From an uncultured Gemmatimonadota bacterium (GTDB lineage Bacteria; JAAXHH01): a DNA stretch of 64,000 nt. The stretch covers positions 2,208,001-2,272,000 of the forward strand of contig OX638340.1 of assembly GCA_951812955.1 (NCBI GenBank), read 5' to 3'. Shown here in pieces: positions 1 to 9,847 of the stretch (position 1 is its first letter; every line of letters begins with the position of its first letter). The position numbers and the translations under genes were made by a program. Under the pieces are notes generated by a model. That model saw nothing but the letters and a program-made list of their open reading frames with translations, ran no database searches and was not told the DNA's origin.

Positions 1-844
1 GCACACCGGCTGTCGCCTCGATGGCCGTGCGGTTCAAGGGTCCGAGCCTGCTGCCGGGGAAGGGGCCGATGTTGGTCTGCGTCTGGACCAGCGCGGCCAG
101 CCGGCCCGTGGTCCGGTATTCGAAGGCCAGCACGAGGGAAGTGATGGACCGCAAAGGGAATCCCTCGCCATGGGAAGGCCTGCCCAGCCGGCTGTGGGCC
201 AGGTTGGCGTGAAAGACCAGGTGCTGCTCCGGCCGCCAGGTCGCGAACAGCGCCGCCTGGAAATCCGTTCCCCCGCTGCCGGTCAGCGTCTCCAGGTTGC
301 CCGTGGACAGCTTCACGGCGCCGGCAAGGGCAAGGGTGACGTTCCTCCCGCCCAGGTACAGCGGCGTCTTCACCCGAAGCACAAGGTCCCCGGGCCGAAA
401 GGCGGCGGACTCCACGCTTCTGATCCAGAAACGGCGGTTTCGGACGACGAATACGCCATAGTCGTTCCTGGGGGCCCACTCCCTGCCCCCGTTGGACAGG
501 TTGAACATGCCGTGGAACCCCTCCACCACGCCATCCAGAAAGCCGCCGCCGTGCTTGAGGAAGGGCAGGGTCATGCCTGCCTGCAGGCGCGATGCGATTC
601 GCCAGTCCAGGTCCACCGAGACGCGCAGGGTTTCCGAATCGACGAACAGCCGGTATTCGTTTGCAGGTGCGGCCCGGTAGTAGTCATCGGCGATCAGGGT
701 ATCGCCCACGGGAAGGGTGCTCGCGTAGGTATTGGCGTAGTCGAACCGAACGGCCCAACGGGCCGACCGCCTCGGCAGCAGGTCTCCCGCATCGGGACGG
801 AGTCCGAGGAACAACATTCTTACCGGGAACTGGTCCCGCTGCAT
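1..844 (-). CDS. hypothetical protein, 3' end outside window (Gly/Arg-rich, possibly envelope-associated)
   Basis: Hand translation of the minus strand from ATG at 842-844 gives a continuous ORF to the window edge: MQRDQFPVRMLFLGLRPDAGDLLPRRSARWAVRFDYANTYASTLPVGDTLIADDYYRAAPANEYRLFVDSETLRV... It is absent from the ORF track only because no stop lies in the window. The listed plus-strand ORF 170..895 is its antisense shadow. Confidence 0.45.
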   Translation of the reverse strand, partial: MQRDQFPVRMLFLGLRPDAGDLLPRRSARWAVRFDYANTYASTLPVGDTLIADDYYRAAPANEYRLFVDSETLRVSVDLDWRIASRLQAGMTLPFLKHGGGFLDGVVEGFHGMFNLSNGGREWAPRNDYGVFVVRNRRFWIRSVESAAFRPGDLVLRVKTPLYLGGRNVTLALAGAVKLSTGNLETLTGSGGTDFQAALFATWRPEQHLVFHANLAHSRLGRPSHGEGFPLRSITSLVLAFEYRTTGRLAALVQTQTNIGPFPGSRLGPLNRTAIEATAGV

Positions 845-1075
845 GAAGGGACCGGTGGCAGGGGACTGGGAGAATACGGGAAAGGCGATGGTTAACAGGC
901 TGCAAGCAACCGCCCGGCGCAACACGCGAGCCGCGCCCGGTAGGCGAGCCGCCCTTGGAAAACGAGCCGCACCCGGAAAGCGAGTCGCAGCACCCGGAAA
1001 GCGCTTTTCAACCTGGAAACGGTGCGATGTATATTCCGTCATTCCATGCTCCAGCCCAGGTCCCGCACCGGGATC

Positions 1076-2887
1076 TCAACCCAGGTAGGCCAGCGTCTGG
1101 CCCGCGATCACCTGGACGCCCGGGTTTATGGAGACATGGGTCACGGTACCTGCGACGTCGGCGGTGACCTGCATTTCCATTTTCATGGCTTCCAGGACCA
1201 CGATGACGTCCCCTTCCTCTACGGTCTGCCCGGGAGCGACCGCCACCTTGAGCACTTTGCCGGGGATCGGCGCGATAACCGGCGTGGTCCCGGCTCGTTC
1301 CGCCGCCTCAGACGCGGCCTCGGACGTATCGGGCTGCAGGTCGACATCATAGGCCTTGCCGTTCACGATCGCCGTTTTGCCCTCGATGCGCAGCGCGTAA
1401 CTTCTGCCGTTGACGGTCACCTGGTATCCACGGGGACCGTCCGTTCCAGGCAGCGCGTCTTCCGGCGGTTCCTCCTGGTCCTTCGCGGCCTTCTTGCGGA
1501 CGCCGATGAACCCCTCACCCTTCAGAAAGGCCACCCCCCGGTCGCCGCACGCCGCGACGATGAAGATGTTCTCGTCCGTATCCTCGATCCCGGCTTCCTT
1601 CAGCACGCTTCGAGCCGCTTCGATGCCCTTCTTCGGATCGTTGTCGTTCAGTTCCAGCACAGGCCGACGGTTGGGCGGCAGCCCAAGCTGCTCCGAGGCG
1701 ATGTTCACGACCACCGGGTCCGGGGGCACGGGCGTCTTGCCGAAATAACCCAGCACCATGCGTCCGTAGTCTTCGGCGATCTTCTTCCAGGGGCCCATCA
1801 TCACGTTGTTGAAAGCCTGCTGGAAGTAGAACTGGGAAACCGGGGTGACCGACGTGCCGTACCCGCCCTTCTCTACGACCTCGCTCATGGCCTTGATGAT
1901 GGCGGGATAACGGTCCATGATGCCATTGTCCCGGAGCATCTGCGTATTGGCGGTCAGGGCGCCGCCCGGCATGGGGCTCCAGGGGAGCAGGGGTTCGACG
2001 GCCACGGCCTCGGGGGGAAGGAAATAGTCTTCCATGCACTCCTTCAGGACCTCCGACGCTTCCCGCACACCGTCGGGGTCGATGTCCAGGTCGTAGTTCG
2101 TGCCGCGCAGCGCGTGCCACATGACGAGGATGTCGGGCTGCGAGGTGCCGCCCGAAACCGGTGCGAAGGCGAGGTCGATGGCATCGGCGCCGGCTTCGAG
2201 CGCCGCCTGGTACGCGGCGACGGCGATGCCCGACGTGTCGTGGGTATGATAATGGATCCAGGTACCCTCGGGCAGCAGCTTCCGGGCGGCCTTCACGGAT
2301 TCGTAGGCCTTGGAAGGCACGGCCGTGCCCGAAGCGTCCTTGAAACACACCGAGTCGAAGGGAATGCCGGCGTCGAGGATCTTCCTGAAGGTCTCCGTGT
2401 AGAACGCCGCGTCGTGAGCGCCCGAACATCCCGGCGGAAGTTCCATGACGGTGACGCACACCTGGTGCTTGAGGCCGGCCTCCGTGATGCACCGTCCGCT
2501 GTGCACGAGGTTCTCCACGTCGTTCAGGGCGTCGAAGTTCCGGATGGTCGTCATGCCGTGTTTTTTGAACAGTTCAGCGTGCAGACGGATGATGTCGCGG
2601 GGCTGCGAATCCAGTCCGACCACGTTAACACCCCGGGACAGGGTCTGCAGGTTGGCGTCCGGACCCACGGCCTCCCGGATGGCGTCCATCCGTTCGAATG
2701 CGTCTTCGTTGCAATAGAAATAGGGCGACTGGAACAAGGCGCCGCCGCCGGCTTCGAAGTAATCGATCCCCGCGTTACGCGCCGCTTCCACGGCGGGCAT
2801 GAAGTCCCGGGTAAATACGCGCGCGCCGTAAACGGACTGGAATCCGTCCCGGAACGTGGTGCACATGAAATTGACTTTCTTTTTCAC
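1076..2887 (-). CDS. oadA: oxaloacetate decarboxylase alpha subunit (5S carboxyltransferase plus C-terminal biotinyl domain)
   Basis: 603 aa. N-terminal HMGL-like carboxyltransferase (MCTTFRDGFQS..., HYHTHDTSG). C-terminal biotin-attachment motif EAMKMEMQV. Lies in a predicted operon with beta and gamma subunits. Confidence 0.85.
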   Translation of the reverse strand: MKKKVNFMCTTFRDGFQSVYGARVFTRDFMPAVEAARNAGIDYFEAGGGALFQSPYFYCNEDAFERMDAIREAVGPDANLQTLSRGVNVVGLDSQPRDIIRLHAELFKKHGMTTIRNFDALNDVENLVHSGRCITEAGLKHQVCVTVMELPPGCSGAHDAAFYTETFRKILDAGIPFDSVCFKDASGTAVPSKAYESVKAARKLLPEGTWIHYHTHDTSGIAVAAYQAALEAGADAIDLAFAPVSGGTSQPDILVMWHALRGTNYDLDIDPDGVREASEVLKECMEDYFLPPEAVAVEPLLPWSPMPGGALTANTQMLRDNGIMDRYPAIIKAMSEVVEKGGYGTSVTPVSQFYFQQAFNNVMMGPWKKIAEDYGRMVLGYFGKTPVPPDPVVVNIASEQLGLPPNRRPVLELNDNDPKKGIEAARSVLKEAGIEDTDENIFIVAACGDRGVAFLKGEGFIGVRKKAAKDQEEPPEDALPGTDGPRGYQVTVNGRSYALRIEGKTAIVNGKAYDVDLQPDTSEAASEAAERAGTTPVIAPIPGKVLKVAVAPGQTVEEGDVIVVLEAMKMEMQVTADVAGTVTHVSINPGVQVIAGQTLAYLG

Positions 2888-3013
2888 ATTAGTTCCTTAC
2901 GGTTTGGAGGAATAGATGCTTTCTCATATCCTGTGCCACCCATATCTACATTGTATCTACATACATATCTACATTGTATCGACGTGCCCGTGGTACCGGT
3001 TTTTGCGCCGTGC

Positions 3014-4144
3014 TCATACGCCTACCAGCACCGACCATAGTATGCCCGCGGCGATCGCGGAGCCGAGAACGCCTGCCACGTTGGGCCCCATGGCGTGAAA
3101 CAACAGGAAATTCTGCGGGTCTTCGCGGTGCGCTTCCACCTGGGCTACCCTCGCCGCCATGGGCACGGCGGATACGCCCGCGGCGCCAATCAGCGGGTTG
3201 ATCTTGTCTTTGACAAACAGGTTCATGAACTTGGCGAAAAGCACGCCGCCGCTCGTCGCGATGCAGAATGAGACCACGCCCAGGGCGAAAATGAAGAGCG
3301 ATTCCAACGAGAGAAAGGCCTCCGCCTGCGTGCTCGCGCCGACCGAGAAGCCCAGCAGGATGGTGACGATGTCGATCATCGACGTGCGGGCCGTGTTGGC
3401 CAGCCGTTCCGTCACGCCGCATTCCTTGAGCAGGTTGCCGAAGAAGAGCATGCCCACCAGGACCACCGAGTCCGGCGCGATCATCGCGGCGATGATAAAG
3501 GCGACGATGGGGAAGATGATCTTCTCCCGCTGCGAGACCGTCCGGGGCGAAACCATGCGGATGAGCCGTTCCTCCCGCGTGGTAAAAAGCCGCATGATGG
3601 GCGGCTGGATGATGGGAACCAGGGCCATGTAGGAATACGATGCGATGGCGATCATGGACAGCAGGTGGGGCGCCAGTTTCGAAGACAGGAAAATGGCGGT
3701 GGGACCATCCGCTCCGCCAATGATCGCGATGGCGCCCGATTCAGCCGGAGTGAATCCGATGGCCATGGCGCCCAGCAGGGTCAGGAAAATGCCGATCTGG
3801 GCGGCGGCGCCCAGGAGGACGAGCCGCGGGTTGGACAACATGGCCGAGAAATCGGTCATGGCCCCGATGCCCAGGAAGATCAGGGGCGGGAAGATGCCTT
3901 CCCTGACCCCGAAATAGATGTAGTAAAGTACGCTTCCTTCGTCGTATACCCCGTGGCCGTCCCCTTCCATCATGGGGATGTTGCCCAGCATGATTCCGAA
4001 ACCGATGGGAACCAGGAGCAGCGGTTCGTACCTGCGGACGATCGCGAGCACGATCATGACCATGCCGATCAGGATCATCACGCCGTGTCCCCACGTAGCC
4101 GAGGCCAGGCCGGAAGCCGACAGAAAGTCATACAGTATCGTCAT
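3014..4144 (-). CDS. oadB: Na+-translocating oxaloacetate decarboxylase beta subunit (membrane)
   Basis: 376 aa polytopic membrane protein. Typical OadB/GcdB/MmdB family sequence (IGFGIMLGNIP, GAADGPTAIF, AMGPNVAGV). Confidence 0.85.
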   Translation of the reverse strand: MTILYDFLSASGLASATWGHGVMILIGMVMIVLAIVRRYEPLLLVPIGFGIMLGNIPMMEGDGHGVYDEGSVLYYIYFGVREGIFPPLIFLGIGAMTDFSAMLSNPRLVLLGAAAQIGIFLTLLGAMAIGFTPAESGAIAIIGGADGPTAIFLSSKLAPHLLSMIAIASYSYMALVPIIQPPIMRLFTTREERLIRMVSPRTVSQREKIIFPIVAFIIAAMIAPDSVVLVGMLFFGNLLKECGVTERLANTARTSMIDIVTILLGFSVGASTQAEAFLSLESLFIFALGVVSFCIATSGGVLFAKFMNLFVKDKINPLIGAAGVSAVPMAARVAQVEAHREDPQNFLLFHAMGPNVAGVLGSAIAAGILWSVLVGV

Positions 4145-4166
4145 TTAATCCGCCCGCATGGCCTGA

Positions 4167-4430
4167 TTACCGGTTATTGTTTTTTTCGTCGAGTGCGAAT
4201 CCGACCGCCGCGGCCACGGCTTCGTCGTCGTGCGGGGATTCCGATTCGGTGGGGTTGTGCGGACTTTCAGGGAGTATACCCCCGATCGAGGCCATGACTT
4301 TCGGCAGCATGGCAATGCAGAAGCTGATCGCGGCGAGGGCCAGGAACACGATGAACATGCCGGTGAAGGCGATTTCAAGGCCCTGGCCGTCCACGATGCG
4401 TTGCCAACCGATATACAGGGGAGTGGACAT
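4167..4430 (-). CDS. oadG: oxaloacetate decarboxylase gamma chain (OadG family small membrane subunit)
   Basis: ORF 4167..4508. The likely start is the internal Met, giving ~87 aa (MSTPLYIGWQRIVDGQGLEIAFTGMFIVFLALAAISFCIAML) with a single TM helix. Sits immediately upstream of oadB on the same strand. Confidence 0.6.
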   Translation of the reverse strand: MSTPLYIGWQRIVDGQGLEIAFTGMFIVFLALAAISFCIAMLPKVMASIGGILPESPHNPTESESPHDDEAVAAAVGFALDEKNNNR

Positions 4431-4588
4431 TAGCCCTTTGACAGAATCCGTGGAGACATTAGATATTATCGATTGGATCAAATAAAGGGCGGAACGCGCT
4501 CCGGGCAAGGGATTTATGGTGTGAAAGCCGCCGCGTGAAAGGGTGGTTTCCCGCTGCCCATTCGAAGCCAGACACCAAGGAATCCGGT

Positions 4589-5896
4589 ATGAGCACCGAC
4601 ATCAGGAACATCACGTATGCACTGGCCCCGGACCGGGTATGGGACGGCGTTTCGGACGAGACGCGGGACGGGTTGGCCGTCGTGGTGAAAGACCGCCACA
4701 TCGACGCGGTCCTGCCGGTTGCGGAAGTCCCTGCCGACATGGAGACCGCAATCCTGCCGGACTGCACGCTCCTGCCCGGCCTGATGGACGCCCACGTCCA
4801 CTACAGTTCCGTCATGGGACCGGCGTTCCTGGCCGCGGGGGTAACCACGATCCGTGACGTGGGCAACGACCTGGCGTGGATCCTGGGCGAGCGCGAGCGC
4901 CACGCCAATGACCTTTCGGCCGGTCCCTCCATCCTGTGCTGCGGCCATCTGCTCGACGGACCTCAGGTCTACTGGCCCCAGATGGGCCGTGCGCATGGCA
5001 GGTCGGAAGAGATCGTCGAATCGGTCCGTCGGCACGCCGAAGCCGGGGTGGACCAGATCAAGCTGTACGCGGGCGTGGAACCACAATTACTGAAGGCGGC
5101 TGTTGACGCCGCCCATGAATCGGGTAAATTCGTGGTGGCTCATCTGCAGACGACTACCGCGGAGGATGCCGTACGGCTCGGGCTTGATGAATTCGAGCAC
5201 CTGGCCGGCTGCGGCGTAGCCTGGCGCGCGGCCTCCGAAATGGAAGACGATCTCATGATCGATCTGCTCCTGGAGCGTGACGTGATCATCGACCCTACCC
5301 TGGTGGTCTGGGACCGGCTCGGCCGCATCCTGGACCGGCCGTTCCACCACGACGCCCGGAAGTCCTGGGTCCACCCCCGCCACCTGGATATATGGCAACG
5401 GTACCTCAGCCGTTTCGGACCGCCGGAGCAACGGTGGAGATACCAGGGCGCCATGACGCACCTGAAGCGGTTCCTGCGCAGGGCGCATCAACGGGGCGTT
5501 ACCGTCGCGCTGGGCACAGATACGCCCTTTCCCCACCTCGTCCCGGGGATGAGCGTGCATGACGAACTCGCCATGTATACCGACGCCGGCATCCCGGCCG
5601 TGGACGCGCTCCGGTCCGCCACTGCCGTAAACGCCCAAGTGCTGGGCATAGACGACCGGACCGGTACGATCCGGCCGGGCCTGCGGGCCGATCTCGTCGC
5701 GGTACGGGGGAATCCCCTCGAACGGATAGAAGATATCGAAAACGTACACTGCACCGTGCGAGAAGGACGGCGTTTCGAACCGTCTGGACTGATGGAGGTC
5801 CATAGGTCGACCTTCGGCAGAGAACCCGACGGCGCGGTCACGCGGGATCTGCAGGATTACGTCGACGGCAAACTGTTGAATCGGCCGGCCTCATGA
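4589..5896 (+). CDS. amidohydrolase family metal-dependent hydrolase
   Basis: Metal-binding signature LLPGLMDAHVHY near the N-terminus and a C-terminal RADLV motif typical of the amidohydrolase superfamily. I prefer the internal start MSTDIRN at 4589 over the ORF-track start at 4535, which would leave only 27 bp to divergent oadG. Confidence 0.7.
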   Translation: MSTDIRNITYALAPDRVWDGVSDETRDGLAVVVKDRHIDAVLPVAEVPADMETAILPDCTLLPGLMDAHVHYSSVMGPAFLAAGVTTIRDVGNDLAWILGERERHANDLSAGPSILCCGHLLDGPQVYWPQMGRAHGRSEEIVESVRRHAEAGVDQIKLYAGVEPQLLKAAVDAAHESGKFVVAHLQTTTAEDAVRLGLDEFEHLAGCGVAWRAASEMEDDLMIDLLLERDVIIDPTLVVWDRLGRILDRPFHHDARKSWVHPRHLDIWQRYLSRFGPPEQRWRYQGAMTHLKRFLRRAHQRGVTVALGTDTPFPHLVPGMSVHDELAMYTDAGIPAVDALRSATAVNAQVLGIDDRTGTIRPGLRADLVAVRGNPLERIEDIENVHCTVREGRRFEPSGLMEVHRSTFGREPDGAVTRDLQDYVDGKLLNRPAS

Positions 5897-6096
5897 AACG
5901 CATGATCAAGGACCTCCTGTTCTGCCTGATGATATCCGCCTTCACGGCGGCCATCCCCGCGGCAGGCGCAAGTACGCTGCTGGCGATGACCGGGATCATT
6001 GAGGACGACAGTGCACTGATCTGGATTTTCGTGGTTCTCGCGATACCTGTTTTCGTTTTTACCTACATGCGCGTTACGAGGAATTCGCGCGGCTGA
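5893..6096 (+). CDS. small hypothetical membrane protein (67 aa, two predicted TM helices)
   Basis: ATGA start/stop overlap with the upstream amidohydrolase. Hydrophobic composition. No recognisable family. Confidence 0.3.
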   Translation: MKRMIKDLLFCLMISAFTAAIPAAGASTLLAMTGIIEDDSALIWIFVVLAIPVFVFTYMRVTRNSRG

Positions 6097-6098
6097 AT

Positions 6099-6235
6099 GC
6101 GGCTGAGCAAGCAGGCAACGGACCCCGCGTGGATGAGCACGGCCTGGCGCTTCTGAACGCGACCGGACGCGGCTGAGCAAGCAGGCAACGGACACTGAGC
6201 GACCTGGCTCTTCTGGACGCGGTCCGGCGCGACGG
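6099..6235. repeat. imperfect ~70-bp tandem duplication (2 copies), intergenic
   Basis: CGCGGCTGAGCAAGCAGGCAACGGA occurs at 6099-6122 and again at 6168-6192. The following segments CTGGCGCTTCTGAACGCGACCGGACGCG and CTGGCTCTTCTGGACGCGGTCCGGCGCG are also paralogous. Confidence 0.7.
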
Positions 6236-6282
6236 TGGCGATTGAAAACGGATCAGCTCTCAACCCCTGGGAGGACGGCAAC

Positions 6283-6822
6283 ATGACGCAAAAGACGCAA
6301 GCGGCGACGCTGGGCGGAGGTTGTTTCTGGTGTCTCGAAGCGATCTATCAGCAGATCAAGGGCGTCACGGGCGTGGTGTCCGGCTATGCCGGGGGAAGCG
6401 TCGACAACCCGGATTACAAGTCCGTTTGCACCGGTGCCACGGGTCATGCCGAGGTCGTACGGATCACCTTCGATCCGGCCGCTATCAACTACGCGGATCT
6501 CCTGCATATCTTCTGGCGCATTCATGACCCGACTACACGCGACCGCCAGGGCGGGGACGTCGGTACGCAATACCGTTCGATCATCCTGTACCACGACGAT
6601 GAGCAGAAACGCACGGCCGAATACTCGAAGACGGAGGCCGACGCGTCGGACCTGTGGAGCGCGGCGATCGTCACCGAGATCGAACCGCTCACGACGTTCT
6701 ACGAAGCCGAGGCGTACCACCACGACTATTACCGCAACAATCCACGGCAACCCTACTGTTTCATGGTCATCGACCCGAAAGTGGACAAGTTCAGAAAATC
6801 CTTCCAGCACATGATTTCGTGA
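6283..6822 (+). CDS. msrA: peptide-methionine (S)-S-oxide reductase
   Basis: Catalytic GCFWC motif (ATLGGGCFWCLEAIYQ) and AEVVRITFDP. RBS GGGAGGACGG lies before ATG 6283. The ORF-track start at 6235 is probably too long. Confidence 0.9.
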   Translation: MTQKTQAATLGGGCFWCLEAIYQQIKGVTGVVSGYAGGSVDNPDYKSVCTGATGHAEVVRITFDPAAINYADLLHIFWRIHDPTTRDRQGGDVGTQYRSIILYHDDEQKRTAEYSKTEADASDLWSAAIVTEIEPLTTFYEAEAYHHDYYRNNPRQPYCFMVIDPKVDKFRKSFQHMIS

Positions 6823-6850
6823 TCCGCCGTAATCCAAGGAGTGCTTTTCT

Positions 6851-8320
6851 GTGCGCGTGGGCATCCTCTCGCTGATCCACGAATCCAATACCTTCAGCAA
6901 TACGCCTACGACCCTGGACCTGTTCCGGCGGGACGGGATCCTTACGGGCGAAGCCGTCGCCGACCACTTCAGGGGCGGATTCCACGAGATCAGCGGATTC
7001 CTGGAGGGCCTGGACGACGCGCGTATCGGCGCCGTACCGCTCTTCTACGCATCCACGCCCCCTTCCGGCCGGATTACGCGGGACACCTGCTTCGCGCTGA
7101 TCGAGATGATGTTCGAGCAACTCGCGGGCGCGGGGCCGCTCGACGGGCTGCTCGTCGCTCCCCACGGCGCCAATGCCGGCGAGGGAGCGGACTACCACGA
7201 CCTGGACGGCTACTGGCTTACGCGGCTGCGCAGGGAAATCGGACCGGACCTTCCGGTCATCTGCACCATCGATCCCCACGCCAATCTCTCAAGCCGCATG
7301 ATTTCGTCTTGCAACGCCACCATCGCCTACCGCACCAACCCGCACCTGGACCAGAAGCAGCGGGGTCTGGAGGCCACGTCGCTCATGGCCCGGACTCTTT
7401 CGGGTGAATTGCGTCCCGTACAGGCGGCATCCTTCCCGGCCGTGGCCATCGGCATCGAGCGCCAGGACACGTCCTCGCCGCCCTGCCTGCCCCTCTACGA
7501 ACAGGCAGATGCTTGGCTGAGGGAGGAGAGCGTCCTTTCCAACAGCATCGTCCTCGGGTTTCCCTATGCGGACGTGCCGGAAATGGGCTCGGCTATTATC
7601 GCCGTGACCGACGGCGATGCCGGCCTGGCCCAACACATCGCCGACGACCTCGCCGGATACCTGGTCGCGCACCGCGACGAATTCGTCGGCGAGTTCGTTT
7701 CCATCTCCGATGCGGTCGATGCCGCGCTGGGCAACGAGGGACCCGTGTGCCTCCTCGACATGGGCGACAACGTAGGCGGCGGCTCGGCCGCGGACGGCAC
7801 GCTCATCGCCCATGAATTGCTGGGCCGCGGCGACGCGCGGACTTTCCTCTGCCTGTACGACCCCGGGTCCGTCGAACAGGCCGTTTCCGCGGGCGTCGGA
7901 ACTCGGCTTACACTGGAAATGGGGGGCAAGACGGATGACCGGCACGGGCCACCTATCCGGACCGAGGTACGCGTACTGGGCATCCACGAGGGACGCTTCA
8001 CCGAATCCGCCGTGCGCCACGGCGGCAGGACGGCGTTCGACATGGGACGGACGGCGGTCGTGAGCACGGACAGCGGACTGACCGTCAGCCTGACGACGCT
8101 GCGGACGGTCCCGGTGAGCCTCGGCATGATGACCAGCATCGGCCTGGACCCGGCTGATTTTCAGGTGCTCATTGCCAAAGGCGTACACGCGCCCACGGCG
8201 GCCTACGCCCCGGTGAGCAAACGTCTGATACGGGTGGACACGCCCGGCGCCACAACGGCGGACATGCGGCGGTTCGAGTACCGGTACCGGCGGCGGCCGC
8301 TCTATCCTTTCGAAGACTGA
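6851..8320 (+). CDS. M81 family metallopeptidase (MlrC-like, DUF1485/DUF1446)
   Basis: 489 aa. N-terminus MRVGILSLIHESNTF matches the conserved MlrC/DUF1485 start. Length and architecture are consistent with the family. Confidence 0.7.
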   Translation: MRVGILSLIHESNTFSNTPTTLDLFRRDGILTGEAVADHFRGGFHEISGFLEGLDDARIGAVPLFYASTPPSGRITRDTCFALIEMMFEQLAGAGPLDGLLVAPHGANAGEGADYHDLDGYWLTRLRREIGPDLPVICTIDPHANLSSRMISSCNATIAYRTNPHLDQKQRGLEATSLMARTLSGELRPVQAASFPAVAIGIERQDTSSPPCLPLYEQADAWLREESVLSNSIVLGFPYADVPEMGSAIIAVTDGDAGLAQHIADDLAGYLVAHRDEFVGEFVSISDAVDAALGNEGPVCLLDMGDNVGGGSAADGTLIAHELLGRGDARTFLCLYDPGSVEQAVSAGVGTRLTLEMGGKTDDRHGPPIRTEVRVLGIHEGRFTESAVRHGGRTAFDMGRTAVVSTDSGLTVSLTTLRTVPVSLGMMTSIGLDPADFQVLIAKGVHAPTAAYAPVSKRLIRVDTPGATTADMRRFEYRYRRRPLYPFED

Positions 8321-8611
8321 ACAGGCAGCGCACGAAAGACTGAACAGGCAATGCACGTGCGTATGCTCGGGCCGGATCCACCAGGTTCTCGCATGACCGC
8401 TCGCTTAACCGGCTTTCGCACGGACGCTCGAAGAGTCCGTATGCCTTGACAGTAAACCTCCCGGTGATTATGGTTTTTCGGAATGCGCAGCAACCCGGAT
8501 GGTCAGGAAGCGGCCCTGTCCTGATTTCGGCAATCGAATACGTGCAGCGACCTACAAGATACATACTGAGACGTACAAGAAACGTACAAGAGACATGCAA
8601 GGAGAGACCAG

Positions 8612-9361
8612 GTGGATGATCTGAACGTAAAACTCGATCAGCTGGAACGGGATGGTTTCGTGTTGATCAAAGGCGCCCTGTCTCCGGAAGAAACCGAGGA
8701 AGTACGTTCGCGGATCTTTCACGCCAGGGAACAGGGGTGGGAAGAAGGCCTGAACGCGGTGGGCAACATGTGGTTCGACACCCTGCTGGACCGGGAACCC
8801 GGGATCTTCGGTCCGCTCGTGGGCCATCCGAGCGTGGCGCCGCTGCTCTACGCCATGATGGGCAAGCAATGCCAGCTCCGCAGTTTCCGTGCTCACATCA
8901 ATCCCGGCGCCTATACCCAGGAATGGCACATGGACTTCTACGGTTACTGGAACGAGAAGCGGGAAACGGAAAAACGAAGGCTGGCCGTGCAGCCCAGCAG
9001 CGTGAACACGACCTTCTACTTCCAGGACAACGTCGCGGGCCAGGGCCATCTGAGGTTCGTCAAGAACGGCCACCTATCCGAGCCGCCTCACCTGTATCCC
9101 CGGATCGAGCATGAAGCATTCGAAAAGTGGTGCTACGCGCAGGAACACGTCGTGCTGCACCCCATGGCGGGCGACGCCGTCGTCTTCCTCAGTCACATCC
9201 CCCACCAGGGCGCCAAGGAAGATGACGACATGGAACGGTGCAACGTGGTCTGCCATTTCCAGACCTGCCCGATGTACGAAGGCGTATGGTACGTCTCCAG
9301 TCCCCGTCCCTTCAAGGGATCCTTCCCCTTTCACAAGACGGTGCCTGCGGGGATGGACTAG
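8612..9361 (+). CDS. phytanoyl-CoA dioxygenase (PhyH) family Fe(II)/2OG oxygenase
   Basis: 249 aa. Start LERDGFVLIKGALSPEE and the HxD...H arrangement are typical of PhyH. GTG start is preceded by AAGGAGAG. Confidence 0.65.
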   Translation: MDDLNVKLDQLERDGFVLIKGALSPEETEEVRSRIFHAREQGWEEGLNAVGNMWFDTLLDREPGIFGPLVGHPSVAPLLYAMMGKQCQLRSFRAHINPGAYTQEWHMDFYGYWNEKRETEKRRLAVQPSSVNTTFYFQDNVAGQGHLRFVKNGHLSEPPHLYPRIEHEAFEKWCYAQEHVVLHPMAGDAVVFLSHIPHQGAKEDDDMERCNVVCHFQTCPMYEGVWYVSSPRPFKGSFPFHKTVPAGMD

Positions 9362-9550
9362 CCCTGAGGTACACCCGTTGCGAACGGGCGGTTGTTCACT
9401 GTATCCCGATGTTTCAAACCATCGCGACGAAATCCGTTGACACGAGAAAAATCGACCTTTAAAATACGGTCCTGCGTTGTTAAGTTAAATTAATGCATAG
9501 GGATAGCGTTCAATAGTCATCGGCGGTCCGGTTTCCGGGAGGAGGCCTTC

Positions 9551-9847
9551 ATGACCACCACCAAGAAGGAACTGGTGGAACAGATCAGCAAGCGCCTGGG
9601 GCTCAAGAAGGAACAGGTGTTCCCTGTTGTCGACCAGACGTTCGCGGCCATGCGGGATTCACTGATCCAGGGCGATCGCATCGAAATCAGGGGATTCGGT
9701 GTTTTCGAAGTCAAGGACACGAAGGCCCGCACTTCTGCGCGCAATCCCCGCACGAGTGATATCGTTTACGTCCCGGCCGGAAAAAAGACCCGTTTCAAAC
9801 CCGGAAAACTGTTGAAAGAAGCCCTTCGGGTCCCTCTCGATGACTGA
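9551..9847 (+). CDS. HU/IHF family DNA-binding protein
   Basis: 98 aa. MTTTKKELVEQISKRLGL...RIEIRGFGVFEVKDTKARTSARNPRTSDIVYVPAGKKTRFKPGK is the canonical IHF/HU fold signature. Strong RBS GGAGGAGG. Confidence 0.9.
   Translation: MTTTKKELVEQISKRLGLKKEQVFPVVDQTFAAMRDSLIQGDRIEIRGFGVFEVKDTKARTSARNPRTSDIVYVPAGKKTRFKPGKLLKEALRVPLDD

Noticed and set aside
170-895. 241-aa plus-strand ORF
   Set aside because: Antisense to the well-behaved minus-strand partial CDS 1..844. Low-complexity Gly/Pro/Arg translation.
1022-3040. 672-aa plus-strand ORF antisense to oadA
   Set aside because: A high-GC antisense open frame. The His/Arg/Gly-rich translation has no motif. oadA on the minus strand has unambiguous motifs.
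8321-8611. Minus-strand ORFs of 143 and 173 aa in the mlrC-phyH intergenic region
   Set aside because: They overlap each other and neighbouring genes and have no motifs. The region more likely holds the phyH promoter.
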